64,000 nt of DNA, from positions 160,001 to 224,000 of the forward strand of contig CAWJAX010000003.1 in NCBI GenBank assembly GCA_963841015.1, read 5' to 3'. Below, in pieces: positions 10,122 through 21,446 of the stretch. The notes under the pieces were generated by a model. That model made no database searches, had not been told where the DNA came from, and was given only the letters and a program-made list of their open reading frames with translations. Positions within the stretch are counted from its first letter, which is position 1, and each line of letters begins with the position of its first letter. The stretch comes from an uncultured Methanoregulaceae archaeon. Lineage in GTDB: Archaea > Halobacteriota > Methanomicrobia > Methanomicrobiales > Methanospirillaceae. The position numbers and the translations under genes are program-made.

Positions 10122-11120
10122 ATGATGTTAATGATTTCTGAACTACAGGAAAAACCTCTCGCAAGCTGGCGGGGACAAGAGCGGTATGATAAAGAATTGC
10201 TCAATTGCCTCACCATTATTTTTAATAGTGCAGGCTGTTCATGGTCAAAATGCAGGATGTGCGGTTACCGGCACGAACGATATATTGGCGAACTGTCTTC
10301 CGAATCCCTTCTTAAGCATCTCCGTGCACAACTTGCTTGGGTTCGTACACAGTATAAACCTGATGAGTATCGTATGGTCAAGATCTTTACTTCAGGAAGT
10401 TTTTTTGATCCGCATGAAATACCTCCCGCATTTCTTTCTGATGTGGCAACCATGTTTAAGGGAAAACTGGTTATCGCAGAAACCCGCCCCGAATTTATTC
10501 ACCGGGAAGTCATCCTGTCATTCATCGAACTGCTGGATGACGGGAGCTGGAAGACACCGCTTTATTGTGCGATAGGTCTTGAAACAAGCAGTGACAGGAT
10601 CCGGGAAAAGTGCATTAATAAAGGTTTTACATTCCGGGACTTCGAAAAAGCTGCTGCAACAGCTCACTCTGCCGGAGCCGGGGTAAAAGCATACCTTCTT
10701 TTTAAGCCCCTTTTTTTGACCGAGAGTGAAGCTGTAGATGATATGAAAATCTCAATCCGGGAAACATCCAGGTATGCAGATATGATCTCCATGAACCCCT
10801 GCACAGTCCAGCGCAACACTGAACTGGATTACTACTGGAGGCGGGGAGCATATCGCCCCCCGTATCTATGGAGCGTCCTTTCAATTCTTGCAGACTCCCC
10901 CGTTCATATCACCTGCGATCCCCTTGGCGGTGGTCAGAAACGGGGGCCTCACAATTGCGGAGCATGCGATTACGAGCTGGTCAAAGGAATCCGGGACTAC
11001 TCATTGAATGCTGATCAGGATCTTATTACTGCGCTGCTTCAGACCAGCTGCGATTGTAAGCAGGAATGGGAATACATCCTGTCCTCAGAAAAATCATACG
11101 GTATGCCACTGACGCGGTAA
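10122..11120 (+). CDS. archaeosine biosynthesis radical SAM protein RaSEA (TIGR01210-type)
   Basis: GCSWSKCRMCGY, VKIFTSGSFFD, ETRPEF, INKGFT, YRPPYLWS, RGPHNCG. Confidence 0.88.
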   Translation: MMLMISELQEKPLASWRGQERYDKELLNCLTIIFNSAGCSWSKCRMCGYRHERYIGELSSESLLKHLRAQLAWVRTQYKPDEYRMVKIFTSGSFFDPHEIPPAFLSDVATMFKGKLVIAETRPEFIHREVILSFIELLDDGSWKTPLYCAIGLETSSDRIREKCINKGFTFRDFEKAAATAHSAGAGVKAYLLFKPLFLTESEAVDDMKISIRETSRYADMISMNPCTVQRNTELDYYWRRGAYRPPYLWSVLSILADSPVHITCDPLGGGQKRGPHNCGACDYELVKGIRDYSLNADQDLITALLQTSCDCKQEWEYILSSEKSYGMPLTR

Positions 11121-11134
11121 AAAACCGTAAAAAA

Positions 11135-12373
11135 TTATTTTTTTGTACGACTGCTCTGGATCTCGAGTTGTTTTACGAGGAGCGGGAGGAATGTTCCTGC
11201 ATCTGAGACGATGCCGATAGCCTGCATAGTTCCGCGATCCATAAGTTTTGTGAGTGAAGTCGGATTAATATCGACACAGACCGTTTTCACATGTGAAGGC
11301 AGGCAGTTACCCACAGCGATAGAGTGAAGAAGTGTTGCAATCATTAAAACCATACTGCATCCTTCAATATGGACTCTCATGGCATCCTGCGCCTCCATCA
11401 CATCGGTGATCACATCGGGGAGCGGACCATCATCACGGATTGAACCGGCAAGGACGAAGGGGACATTTTTCCTGACACATTCATACATTATTCCACTGGT
11501 TACTATGCCGTTTTCCACTGCTTTTTTGATTGAACCTGCCCGCATGATCTCACTGATAGCATAAAGATGATGCTTATGACCCCCCATTATGGGTTTTCCT
11601 GTTGAGATATCCATCCCCAGTGAAGTACCGTACAGATTATACTCGATATCATGGGTGGCCAGTGCGTTTCCTGCAAAAAGCACGTCGATATAGCCTTTTC
11701 GGATCATTTCTGCAAGTGCTTTATCTGCCCCTGTGTGAATAATGGCCGGCCCACCAACGATTGCAATCCTGCCACCTTTCCTGCGGACATCAAGTATTTC
11801 ACGTGCAATCTGTGCGATCAGTGTCTCACTCGGTCGTTCGGGAGAAACCGTGCCATGCATGAACTCAAAGGTGCTGCTCTCCCGGGGACGTTCAGGATAC
11901 CTGACACTGACGCCCTGCTCGCCAACAACCACCAAATCCCCCTTCCGTATTTTTCCCAGCGCCACGGCACCTGCACACTTCTTCGCAGGATCTACAACGA
12001 TCAGGAAATCCATCTCTATAGATTCTACGGGGAGCCACTCCCCTCCATACTTCACCTGGGTCGGGTGGTTGCTTGTTGTGTAGAATCCTTTGGGTACGAC
12101 ACGATCAGATTCTGCAGGGACCAGATATGCATCTTTTACTTCCAGCGGGCGGGCACCAAGCCGGTGGAGTTCTGAAAGGATGGAAAGAAGTTTTTCCTTG
12201 CTGGACGCCGCTATGCGAAGCCGGGCATAGCTCGGATCGGTTTTTTCCTTACCTATATCAAATACGAGGATCTCGAAATTACCCCCCATATCCATGACCC
12301 TGTCGAAGAGCTGCGTCATGATGCCCGAATCGATTATATGACCAGCGAGTCCGATCTCCTGCGATTCCACCAT
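11135..12373 (-). CDS. TIGR00300-family ornithine cyclodeaminase (ArgZ/AgrE C-terminal-like)
   Basis: GHIIDS, PKGFYTTSNHPT, GNALATHDIE, LAGSIRDDGPLP, KLMDRG. Confidence 0.82.
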   Translation of the reverse strand: MVESQEIGLAGHIIDSGIMTQLFDRVMDMGGNFEILVFDIGKEKTDPSYARLRIAASSKEKLLSILSELHRLGARPLEVKDAYLVPAESDRVVPKGFYTTSNHPTQVKYGGEWLPVESIEMDFLIVVDPAKKCAGAVALGKIRKGDLVVVGEQGVSVRYPERPRESSTFEFMHGTVSPERPSETLIAQIAREILDVRRKGGRIAIVGGPAIIHTGADKALAEMIRKGYIDVLFAGNALATHDIEYNLYGTSLGMDISTGKPIMGGHKHHLYAISEIMRAGSIKKAVENGIVTSGIMYECVRKNVPFVLAGSIRDDGPLPDVITDVMEAQDAMRVHIEGCSMVLMIATLLHSIAVGNCLPSHVKTVCVDINPTSLTKLMDRGTMQAIGIVSDAGTFLPLLVKQLEIQSSRTKK

Positions 12374-12549
12374 ACAACAGAGATCTTGGGTGATGCCCCT
12401 TAATATGCGTTCCTGCCAAATATGACAGGAATGCGCTTGTTTTGAGTACTGGGGCACAGATTGGGATGTTTGATAACGTTATTATTCATAAAAGGGGAAA
12501 TTGGGATCTCGATAGGAAATGTAATACAAAGCACTGGAGAGATGACGGA

Positions 12550-12668
12550 TGAGTCCTTATCTTTTCCCCTCTTGCCCCGTACTTGTAACGATGATGCCGA
12601 ATCTCCTGTTCAAGTGTTATCGCATTTTTCGGCTGAACATAAAGAGGGGGGGCGAAACTCCTCTTGAG
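12550..12668 (-). repeat. copy of ~110-bp dispersed intergenic repeat
   Basis: CGATGAT, CCTGTTC, GTTATCGCATT and GGGGGcGAAACtCCT match the reverse complement of 21889-22001 in order and spacing. Confidence 0.75.
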
Positions 12669-12721
12669 TCCTCAGCTGGCTTTTTAAGTCTCTTTCCTGA
12701 ACTGAAATCTCAGAAAAAATG

Positions 12722-13312
12722 TTATCGTTTTATAAACTCTTCAGCTTTGGCAAGATCAGCCCGGGTGTTTACGTTCAGGGCAAGCCCGGGATCGCTGAGC
12801 AGAATCTGCAGTTCTTCCTGGGGCTGTAAAATGAGATCACCCCGGAGAATGTTTATCCCTGCAGGACACGCTTCAATCCCGTTGATCTTTTCCTTATACG
12901 ATATTTCACCTCTGCATGATTGAACAAGATCTGCAGGTACCCAGGCTGAGCAGGCATCTTTTCCCGACATATTATAGGTATCGGCAATCTGGCGGATAAC
13001 GTTTACAGTAATGCAGGGGATGTCAGATACGCAGACAAACAACGGGCGTTGCACGTCCAGGCTTTCTACTGCACTTATCATATCTTCAATGTATCCCCTG
13101 CCCTCAGCTTTGCAGAATGCTATGCCCTGTGCCCGGCACCAGTTCATGGTCATGGGCGTCTTAGAAGAAGCTGCTACAACCGGGTCAAATCCCCCGGCAC
13201 AAAAAGCATCAATCACATAGGAAATCATCGGTCTTCCGCAAATTGATATCAGAGGTTTCTCGCCCCGGTTGAGCCGGCTGCCCGAACCTCCTGCCATAAT
13301 CAATGCATACAT
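12722..13312 (-). CDS. cobY: adenosylcobinamide-phosphate guanylyltransferase
   Basis: MAGGSGSRL..GEKPL NTP-transferase motif, NVNT; overlaps cobD. Confidence 0.85.
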   Translation of the reverse strand: MYALIMAGGSGSRLNRGEKPLISICGRPMISYVIDAFCAGGFDPVVAASSKTPMTMNWCRAQGIAFCKAEGRGYIEDMISAVESLDVQRPLFVCVSDIPCITVNVIRQIADTYNMSGKDACSAWVPADLVQSCRGEISYKEKINGIEACPAGINILRGDLILQPQEELQILLSDPGLALNVNTRADLAKAEEFIKR

Positions 13313-14295
13313 GCGGAAAGTGCCTCCAGAAGAACCTGGTTATCTTCCCGTGTTTGTACGGCAACACGAATACAGGTTGGTAATTCAAATGATGTGCAAT
13401 CACGAACAAGAACGACATGGCGGGCAAGAGCGGCACATAACAAAGCGACATCCCGTCCATATTCCACCAGAATATAATTAGCCGATGATGCATTGCATTG
13501 CATCCCAAGAGCATTAATCTGATTTGCAAGCCAGTCACGTTCTTGGGTGATGGCAGCCCGTGAGATTGCAAGTTCCCCCATATGTTTAAACGCTTCCATC
13601 GCGTACGCCTCGGCAAATGCATTTACGCTCCACGGAGGTCGGGTGATCTCAATTTTATCAATAACGTCCGGATCGCCAAAACCGTACCCGAAGCGGATAC
13701 CAGGTACAGAAAAACTTTTGGTAAGTGAATGGAGCACAAAGAGATTCGGATCCCGCACATCCACCATACTTTGTGCAGGATCAGACAATTCGATGAACGC
13801 TTCATCGCAGAAGAGGAGACCCCCTGATTTCATGCACTCAAGATGATTCTTCATGTCACTTTTTTTCTGTAATATGCCGGTCGGATTATTCGGGTTACAT
13901 ATAAACGAAACATCCGATTTTTGCGGATTTTCAACTCTGGAGGCCCCGGCCAGATGTGCTGATAATGCGTACTCCCCAAAAGTGGGGGATTCTGTGAAAA
14001 ATGTTTTATGCTTTCCCTTAAGCGCAACCGAGCAGAAAACCCGTATCAGCTCGATCGATCCATTCCCGACACAAATTTCCTCTTCAGTGCGGTTAAATGT
14101 GGAGGCGATCTGTCTTTTTAATTCTGTGTAACTGTCATCGGGATAATACGCAAGGATAGCAGGATCGCAATGCCACTCAAAGATAGGGGGAAAGGGATTG
14201 ATGCTCGCGCTGAAATCCAGCACATTTTTTTTGGTATTTTCGCGCTGTCGCTTTCCGTTGCCTCCATGAACTTCACGTTTGGGAAAGACAATCAC
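13300..14295 (-). CDS. cobD: threonine-phosphate decarboxylase (PLP class I/II)
   Basis: HGG, DFSASINP, CNPNNPTG, DEAF, SLTKSFSVPGIRFG; next to cobY. Confidence 0.82.
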   Translation of the reverse strand: MIVFPKREVHGGNGKRQRENTKKNVLDFSASINPFPPIFEWHCDPAILAYYPDDSYTELKRQIASTFNRTEEEICVGNGSIELIRVFCSVALKGKHKTFFTESPTFGEYALSAHLAGASRVENPQKSDVSFICNPNNPTGILQKKSDMKNHLECMKSGGLLFCDEAFIELSDPAQSMVDVRDPNLFVLHSLTKSFSVPGIRFGYGFGDPDVIDKIEITRPPWSVNAFAEAYAMEAFKHMGELAISRAAITQERDWLANQINALGMQCNASSANYILVEYGRDVALLCAALARHVVLVRDCTSFELPTCIRVAVQTREDNQVLLEALSACMH

Positions 14296-14421
14296 AATAA
14301 AAAGATCCTTTTTTTCCTGAAATACTTGGATTGATTGTTTTAAAAAGTGTTGTGTGAAGGATACAGTAGCAAAGAAGAAGGTTTTTATACATTAATGTGT
14401 AATTTTGGAGTATCTGGTTAA

Positions 14422-14482
14422 GTCAGACACAAGGGTTCTCTTTGTCTGACATATGAATGACAAATGACAGACATATGTCAGA
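14422..14482. promoter_or_regulatory. nested inverted repeats upstream of cdrS-ftsZ; candidate RHH operator
   Basis: GTCAGACA-N13-TGTCTGAC (14422-14450), TCTGACATATG/CATATGTCAGA (14445-14482), palindrome GACATATGTC (14470-14479); TATA-like TTTTTATA at ~14382. Confidence 0.55.
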
Positions 14483-14498
14483 AATGGGGGATACAACG

Positions 14499-14678
14499 AT
14501 GATGCAAAGAATCACGCTCCGGTTACCTGAACAGCAAATCAATCTGCTCCAGCTGATGGTGGATTCAGGGGAATTTCCCAATGTATCAGAAGCTGTTCGG
14601 GCAGCGGTCCGTGAACTTGTTGAAAAGCGTGCAAGTCGTGTCATGAAGGATAATGACCAGGTTTCATTCAAGGTATGA
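14499..14678 (+). CDS. cdrS: ribbon-helix-helix cell-division regulator, CdrS-like
   Basis: [32 protein letters not shown]; directly upstream of ftsZ2 as in haloarchaea. Confidence 0.8.
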   Translation: MMQRITLRLPEQQINLLQLMVDSGEFPNVSEAVRAAVRELVEKRASRVMKDNDQVSFKV

Positions 14679-14688
14679 GAGGGTAGAC

Positions 14689-15855
14689 ATGCAAAGCATA
14701 ATTAACGATGCGTTGAAAAACGCCGAACTGGAAAAAGAGCTGAACAAACCAAGTTCAGCAAATGCAATGGAAGACGACTTTGTCGGCCAGCCAAGAATCG
14801 TTATTGTCGGTTGCGGTGGCGCAGGCAACAATACCGTGAACCGTATTCATCATATGGGTGTTTCCGGAGCAGAAACTATTGCTATCAACACCGACAAACA
14901 GCACCTGGATATGATCCAGGCGGACAAACGTATCCTTATTGGCAAATCCCTGACCAAAGGTCTTGGTGCCGGTGGATATCCGGATGTCGGCAAGCGCGCA
15001 GCTGAGATGGCACGCCCGACACTTGAAGCAGTCCTCGAATCTGCTGATCTGGTTTTCATCACAGCAGGTATGGGAGGAGGTACCGGTACCGGTTCCGCAC
15101 CAGTTGTTGCATCAATTGCAAAGGAAGCGGGTGCTATTGTTGTCGGCATGGTCAGCTACCCATTCCAGGTTGAAAAAGCCCGCCTGATCCGTGCTGAAGA
15201 AGGTCTTGAGGCACTTGCAGCCGCTTCAGACTCAGTTATTGTCCTTGATAACAACCGGTTAAAGAACTTCGTCCCTAACCTGCCGCTGGGCCAGGCATTT
15301 TCCGTCATGGATCAACTCATCGGTGAAACCGTCAAGGGTATTTCGGAAACAATCACCGAACCATCGCTCATTAACATTGACTATGCTGATGTCAGGGCGA
15401 TTATGTCAAAAGGCGGTGTTGCAGTCATGCTTGTTGGTGAAAGCAAACAGCAGAATAAAGCTGAAAGCGTTGTTCGTGAGTGCCTGAGCAATCCGATGCT
15501 GGACATTGACTACCGCGGTGCAACCGGAAGCCTTATCCATATAACAGGAGGGACTGACCTTACGCTTCAGGATGCTGAAGAAGTGGCAACATCGCTTACG
15601 TACGAGCTTGATCCCCACGCAGATGTAATCTGGGGCGCTCGTGTCAGGAATGATATGGAGGGTAAGATTCGTGTACTCGCCATCATGACCGGTGTCAAGA
15701 GCGCGCAGATCCTTGGGACCCGACAATCATATAAGACAATGATTGCAGATATCGACAACAAGCGCTCAAACCCAAAAGCGGTTGAGATGCCCCAGAACAG
15801 AAGAAGCAGCCGGGACCAGCCCAGTGGCGGCGGAGTCCTGGAATGGGTCGGTTAA
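14689..15855 (+). CDS. ftsZ: cell division protein FtsZ (FtsZ2 type)
   Basis: [22 protein letters not shown] signature, INIDYADV. Confidence 0.97.
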   Translation: MQSIINDALKNAELEKELNKPSSANAMEDDFVGQPRIVIVGCGGAGNNTVNRIHHMGVSGAETIAINTDKQHLDMIQADKRILIGKSLTKGLGAGGYPDVGKRAAEMARPTLEAVLESADLVFITAGMGGGTGTGSAPVVASIAKEAGAIVVGMVSYPFQVEKARLIRAEEGLEALAAASDSVIVLDNNRLKNFVPNLPLGQAFSVMDQLIGETVKGISETITEPSLINIDYADVRAIMSKGGVAVMLVGESKQQNKAESVVRECLSNPMLDIDYRGATGSLIHITGGTDLTLQDAEEVATSLTYELDPHADVIWGARVRNDMEGKIRVLAIMTGVKSAQILGTRQSYKTMIADIDNKRSNPKAVEMPQNRRSSRDQPSGGGVLEWVG

Positions 15856-16594
15856 CCACTCACGACAAATAAAAAAAGTAGTCGAAGAAAAACGTTCCAG
15901 ATAACCATCTCCTGCAGAAGTTCAGGAATTTAGTTGATTAATCCGAACCATGACCAACAACAGAGCTGGCTGATTCGGACCAGATAAAAGGAGTTAAGGG
16001 TACTCCTTATCGCAAACCCCTTTTTGTGCGATTTCTTTTAACGTGAGAACACGCACACTCTGATTTCTGTCTCCCCTTGAATCCTTGCGCTGGTAATGTG
16101 GGAGATTTCGGGCGTGCATGTGCAGAAGATACGATTCAAAGATCTTACACGTCATAAAAGAACTCTTAAACGATATTCATAAAGGCTGTTTTTTGGGAGT
16201 TTTGTTTTTCCCCCATATCTGATCCCATTCGCTCATGAGTTCCTCGGGAATAACGGCGAAATGCTTAATAATCCCCCGCTCCTTTAAAATATAGTACATT
16301 CGATCAGTTCTTTGCTGGGAGGATGGGGACGACACCAGATAGGTGATTCTGGTTTGTCCTGGTATCGGGAGTTGAACATCATGAATAGAGTGTTGAACAA
16401 AGACTTCACAATGAGGTCTTATCTGAATTCTGCGCTGATTTCTTTTTCAGATGTTTTTTACCCTGCATTTCGTATGCAGAGTTGTCATGTAAGAGAATCA
16501 AAAGGGTCAAACCGAATCTCTTTTGTATTATTTTTTATCTCCTGCATGCTTCTGCTGCCTCCCGTGCCGGAGAATCGATGAGGAGTAGTAACGC

Positions 16595-17455
16595 ATGTTG
16601 AATGACCTGATGGAAAAAAGAAAGAAAATTCTTGCTGAATCTGAAGAGCATAAAAACCGCCGCAACGAACTCAATACTGCTGCAAGCAAGTTCGCCCGTG
16701 AACGCAATACCCTCAACAACCAGACACGTGAGTTTGTTGAAGAGGCGCAAAAGAACAAAGATCTCCGGGATAAATATAACCAGGATGTCCTTGACTTAAA
16801 AGCGCAGCGGAACGAGTTAAATGACAAAGCAAATGTCCTGTTTGAAGAGATCGAAGGATTTAAAAAAGAACACGGCACGCTTAAGAACCGTGGTGTGAAG
16901 GAGCTCCAGAAGCAGATTGAATTCATGGAGTACCGGCAGCAGACCGAAGTCTTCACCACCGATAAAGAGCGGGAACTTATCGAAAAAATTAAACAGATGA
17001 TGGCCCAGGTTCGGGAGCAGGAAGCCGAGCTTGAACAGAACAAGGATATGCGCGTTAAGATCACAGAAGCTCGCGATTTTCGAAAACTAGCCTCTGATCT
17101 TCATGCAAGGGTTACTGAGTTTGCCGAACTAGCCCAGAAACACCACGATCTCATGGTTGAATCCTACAGAAAAGCAGACAAATCACGTGAGGCAGCGGAT
17201 GCCGCACATAAGAGTTTTGTCGAGGCTCAGGAATCTGCAGACTCCGAACATAAGTTTTTTATCGCCTGCCAGAAAGAACTTCGCGATTACGATAAGGTAA
17301 TTTCCGGCCTCCGTAAGAAGACAAAGAAGGTTAAGGTCACAAAAGAACAAAAAGCAGTACGCAAAGAGGCTGAGAGTCTCTTTAAGAACTTCCGGGCAGG
17401 AGAAAAACTCACTACCGATGATATATTACTCCTCCAGCGCTCAAAACTTATCTGA
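16595..17455 (+). CDS. conserved archaeal long coiled-coil protein (COG1340-like)
   Basis: All-helical K/E/R-rich heptads, QQTEV...ERELIE, C-terminal GEKLTTDDILLLQ. Confidence 0.8.
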   Translation: MLNDLMEKRKKILAESEEHKNRRNELNTAASKFARERNTLNNQTREFVEEAQKNKDLRDKYNQDVLDLKAQRNELNDKANVLFEEIEGFKKEHGTLKNRGVKELQKQIEFMEYRQQTEVFTTDKERELIEKIKQMMAQVREQEAELEQNKDMRVKITEARDFRKLASDLHARVTEFAELAQKHHDLMVESYRKADKSREAADAAHKSFVEAQESADSEHKFFIACQKELRDYDKVISGLRKKTKKVKVTKEQKAVRKEAESLFKNFRAGEKLTTDDILLLQRSKLI

Positions 17456-17514
17456 TTCTCTTTTTTTTACCGTCAGTAATAATTTAATAGGTTCACCGCA
17501 TTTTTATACTAATA

Positions 17515-18648
17515 ATGACGTTGGGTCGTACATTAGTACTCAGTGTTGATCGGGATGATGATATCGGGTGGAAGGCGAAAGTCGAAAGCCCGGCCATCGG
17601 CCGTGCAGCCTGCCTGAAGGCCGCAAACACCTTAGCACTGGCAGACCCTGAGGATTCTGACGTCAATGCAATATTTTCAGCAGTCAAGATCTATGATGAA
17701 CTGACTGAGAATGGAGAGGAGACGGCAATTGCAGTGATTGCTGGCAACCACCTCCATATGATTGAAGGGGATCGCAGAATTGCAGCCTCTCTTGAACAGG
17801 TAATCAAAGAGACCCAGGCTACCAATTGCATTCTTGTTACTGATGGAGCAGAGGACGAGTATGTAATTCCCATCATCCAGTCCAAGATTCCGGTTTCAAG
17901 TATCCGCAGGGTCATCGTAAACCAGATGCCCAATCTCGAAGGCACCTATTATATCCTGAAAAAATTTTTTGATGACCCGAAGATCTCCCGAATGATATTC
18001 ATTCCCCTTGGCCTGGCAATGCTTCTGTATGCCATCGCATACTTGCTGGATGCTCCGGGAATTGCAACAATCATTGTGGTGGGCGTTATCGGAGGATACC
18101 TGCTGTACAAGGGATTCGGTTTTGATGAGATTGTTCATAGTATCATCGAAACCCTCCGCATATCCCTCTCACGAGGACGATTCTCGTTCGTTACGTATAC
18201 TACAACTATTCTTCTTATCATCATTGGATTTACGGTAGGATTTATTAATGTCCTGAAATTTTACTCCACTGACAGTAGTTTAGGACTTCTTCTTTATCTG
18301 ATGACCTTTATTTATGGATCAATTGAATGGTTTATCTTTGCGGGACTCGTAACATCCGTTGGGATTATCATCGATGTGTACGCACATGAACGAGAGGCAC
18401 TGGGAAAGGTTATTGTCTTTCCCTTTTTTGTCATTGCACTCGGGTTCATCCTCTATGCTGCAAGTGTTTATATTATATCAGTAAGTGGTGTTCCCGATTT
18501 CCCCCTCACTCCGGATGAATCCGCAAAAAATATCCTTTATTCTACCATTATCGGTATTAGTTCTGCAGTTATTGGTGTTTTCACCAAATTTTTTGTTAAT
18601 AGAAAGATGGCAGAACTTCGCAAGCAGGAAATTATTGAAGTCATATAA
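17515..18648 (+). CDS. DUF373 family membrane protein
   Basis: LVLSVDRDDDIG, DPEDSDVN, VTDGAEDE, followed by multiple TM helices. Confidence 0.88.
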   Translation: MTLGRTLVLSVDRDDDIGWKAKVESPAIGRAACLKAANTLALADPEDSDVNAIFSAVKIYDELTENGEETAIAVIAGNHLHMIEGDRRIAASLEQVIKETQATNCILVTDGAEDEYVIPIIQSKIPVSSIRRVIVNQMPNLEGTYYILKKFFDDPKISRMIFIPLGLAMLLYAIAYLLDAPGIATIIVVGVIGGYLLYKGFGFDEIVHSIIETLRISLSRGRFSFVTYTTTILLIIIGFTVGFINVLKFYSTDSSLGLLLYLMTFIYGSIEWFIFAGLVTSVGIIIDVYAHEREALGKVIVFPFFVIALGFILYAASVYIISVSGVPDFPLTPDESAKNILYSTIIGISSAVIGVFTKFFVNRKMAELRKQEIIEVI

Positions 18649-19077
18649 AAAATACCGGTTACATTGTGAATTGTATTGTGGCGCTTACCAATTCAAAATG
18701 CCCCGCAGTGGAAACCGGGTATTTATATGCGACATATGAAATACCAGGATTACATGGATACGGGACCCTGTTGCACACCGGTACCGCTTTTCTAAGGAAA
18801 GGGGTGAATCTTCAAAACAAATTTCTAATTCGATCAGGTATCAGAGAATTCCCGGTTATGCAATTCCTTTCAAGGTGTATTTGTGATACCGGCATGAATT
18901 GGATCCCCGCCCGTGGACTTGTCAAGACAAACTGCAAGGATGATGTATTCACTTTTTTTGGTTGAATACCTTCAGTGATCTGAAGGAAAGGACAGGAAAG
19001 TGCGAAAGTAGTTTAAAAGGTAAATTATCCTTTTTTGATTAAGGAAAAAAATACAGGTATTTTTTTAAATTAATCCC

Positions 19078-19569
19078 TCATCGTTTTTCGTTGGGGGGAT
19101 TACCTTGAGCATTTGTCGTAAAATACCCCATTCCACCCGGGAATTGTTTGGTCATTGTGAAGTTTCGGGTTGCCTGCGGCGTCTTTACAGATAGCACAGG
19201 AATTACAACATTGAAATCGTGTGACGGGTACCAGAATATCCCATTACCGTACGATAATGCGGCATCTTCCACGGTGAAATCGGCGCTGGAGAGATCGATG
19301 CGATTCATCTGGGCGTCCTGATAGTTGAGAATCTTCATCAGCTTGTTCTTGAGATCCTGTTTACCCAGAATAAAAAAGATGAAACGCGTCCCTTCATCTA
19401 CTTTATAGTTGACGTGGATGTCAGCACTTCCATTGTTGAGTTTTATCTGAACGTCATGTACGGTTATGTAACTGTAACGATCAGCATTTGCAGCCATAAC
19501 AGGAACTGCCATGCTGAGCGTAAAAAGGATCAGCAGCACGACAGCATAAGCTCGCATAGAATAGTACAT
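19078..19569 (-). CDS. hypothetical secreted protein
   Basis: N-terminal signal peptide, 163-aa ORF filling the gap between genes. Confidence 0.7.
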   Translation of the reverse strand: MYYSMRAYAVVLLILFTLSMAVPVMAANADRYSYITVHDVQIKLNNGSADIHVNYKVDEGTRFIFFILGKQDLKNKLMKILNYQDAQMNRIDLSSADFTVEDAALSYGNGIFWYPSHDFNVVIPVLSVKTPQATRNFTMTKQFPGGMGYFTTNAQGNPPNEKR

Positions 19570-19667
19570 ACAACAATGCCACTTAAATCGTTTTGGGTAA
19601 TGGCACCAGATAATTTGCTGAATTTTCCCGACGGTTCTTGAGGTAGTAAAAACAATTTAAAAAAAAA

Positions 19668-19946
19668 TTATTTGTTATTAGCCAGAATAATTTCGATGGA
19701 GGAAACATTAGTTTTCCCTGAATCTGTGTCAATAACCTCGGTTGATGTAATAATTTCTTTTTTTGTTACACCTTCTAAGAATCGGTTAAGGGCAATCTCT
19801 GCCGTATCAACTGCCCGGGAAATTGCTTTTCCCCTTGCTTTTATGGCCACTTCTTCTGCTCCGTTGTTAAACTGTGTGATGACGGCAAGCACGTAATTCA
19901 TAACGGGCTTGTTACCGACGAATACTGTGTTCTCTTTTGGCTGCAT
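19668..19946 (-). CDS. albA: DNA/RNA-binding protein Alba
   Basis: [33 protein letters not shown]. Confidence 0.96.
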   Translation of the reverse strand: MQPKENTVFVGNKPVMNYVLAVITQFNNGAEEVAIKARGKAISRAVDTAEIALNRFLEGVTKKEIITSTEVIDTDSGKTNVSSIEIILANNK

Positions 19947-19962
19947 CTTTTTAGTCCCCGAA

Positions 19963-20982
19963 TCAGAGATATTTCTTCTTGGTAATCAGTTCTGCATTCA
20001 GTACACTTGCACCAGCTGCGCCCCGAATTGTGTTATGTCCCATCGCAACAAAGCGTATCCCCTCCCTGAGCCTGCCGACTGATACGGTCATACCGTTCCC
20101 GCGCATCCGGTCCAGACGAGGTTGCGGGCGGTCCTTCTCTTCTTCAAAGAAGTGAATTGATTCCTCAGGTTGTGTGGGGAGTCCTTTAATAGGGGGTTTG
20201 TATTCACGGAAAGATTTTTTCAGTTTTTCAACCGGTTCTTTGATATCGATCCAGACTGCCATACTATGACCGTCAATCACCGGAACGCGGTGACAACTGG
20301 CACTTACCTTAAACTGGGCATTTGCCACCTTGTTGCCCTTCAGGGTACCCATGATCTTAAGGGTTTCGGTCTCCATCTTCTCCTCTTCCTGACCGATATA
20401 GGGAATAACATTATCATAGATTGACATCGCTGCTACCCCGGCAAACCCGGCACCGGAGATAGCCTGCATCGTCGCCACCCTGATATCAGAAAATTTGAAT
20501 TTCCTCAGGGGGGCAAGTGCGGTCACCATTACGATAGTCGAGCAGTTCGGGTTGGTCACGATAAACCCGTCTCTGCCGGAATCACGCTGGACATCAATCA
20601 GGCCAAGATGCTCGGGATTCACTTCCGGAACAACGAGGGGAATGGAAGGTTCCATGCGGTGTGAACTCGCGTTGCTGCAGACAGCTATTCCCGCATCGGC
20701 AAATTTGTTCTCTACGTCTGTTGCGATATCAGCAGGAAGAGCAGAGAAAACCAAATCAACATCCTTCATAGCTTTTGGTGATGTGGGCACCACTTTAATT
20801 TTAGCGATTTTTTCGGGAAATGGCGTGTCAAGACGCCAGTTCACTATCTTCCCATAGGGCTGTCCAGCACTGCGTTCAGAAGCGGCTAGTGTCGATAAAT
20901 TGAACCATGGATGATCCGCTAACAGTTCAACAAATCGCTGGCCAACCGCACCCGTAGCTCCGAGCACTCCAACATTGATCAT
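19963..20982 (-). CDS. asd: aspartate-semialdehyde dehydrogenase
   Basis: [32 protein letters not shown]. Confidence 0.96.
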   Translation of the reverse strand: MINVGVLGATGAVGQRFVELLADHPWFNLSTLAASERSAGQPYGKIVNWRLDTPFPEKIAKIKVVPTSPKAMKDVDLVFSALPADIATDVENKFADAGIAVCSNASSHRMEPSIPLVVPEVNPEHLGLIDVQRDSGRDGFIVTNPNCSTIVMVTALAPLRKFKFSDIRVATMQAISGAGFAGVAAMSIYDNVIPYIGQEEEKMETETLKIMGTLKGNKVANAQFKVSASCHRVPVIDGHSMAVWIDIKEPVEKLKKSFREYKPPIKGLPTQPEESIHFFEEEKDRPQPRLDRMRGNGMTVSVGRLREGIRFVAMGHNTIRGAAGASVLNAELITKKKYL

Positions 20983-21267
20983 GTGTGTCAGGTCCTGTGT
21001 GTTAATGTTTCCCGTTGAAATATGACGGGTTATGAAATCCCATTTCTTCTGTGATAATAAAAACATTGTTTTTTACATTTTTATCCTGATGGCAAATTGA
21101 TACGATATCCAGCAATTACAAAAACCTGGGTTATACGGGTGATAATCCAAAATAACGACACCTCTTAAGAGTAATTATTAAGGATGTGAAGGTGAGAGAT
21201 AGCGCTGTACCTTAAATAAAAGTCTGAAAAAAGGAATTTTTAATCTGATAAAAAAAAATATCCGGCC

Positions 21268-21441
21268 TTATTCCATGTGAATTGCTTCAGAAGGACAGAC
21301 GTCAACACAGGTTTCGCAGTCTACACACATATCCTTATCGACTTTCGCCTTTTCGTTCTCCATTGCAATCGCCGATGCCGGGCACTCACTTACACAGGTC
21401 TCACACCCGGTGCATTTATCCTTGTCTACTACTGCTACCAT
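21268..21441 (-). CDS. 2x[4Fe-4S] ferredoxin
   Basis: Two CxxCxxCxxxCP motifs. Confidence 0.92.
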   Translation of the reverse strand: MVAVVDKDKCTGCETCVSECPASAIAMENEKAKVDKDMCVDCETCVDVCPSEAIHME

Positions 21442-21446
21442 ACCAT

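Noticed and set aside
15860-16590. Long spacer after ftsZ with hairpins, an 89-aa ORF and a faint repeat-like segment near 16060-16115
   Set aside because: ORF has no protein-like features, hairpins fit ordinary terminators, and repeat similarity is too weak to call
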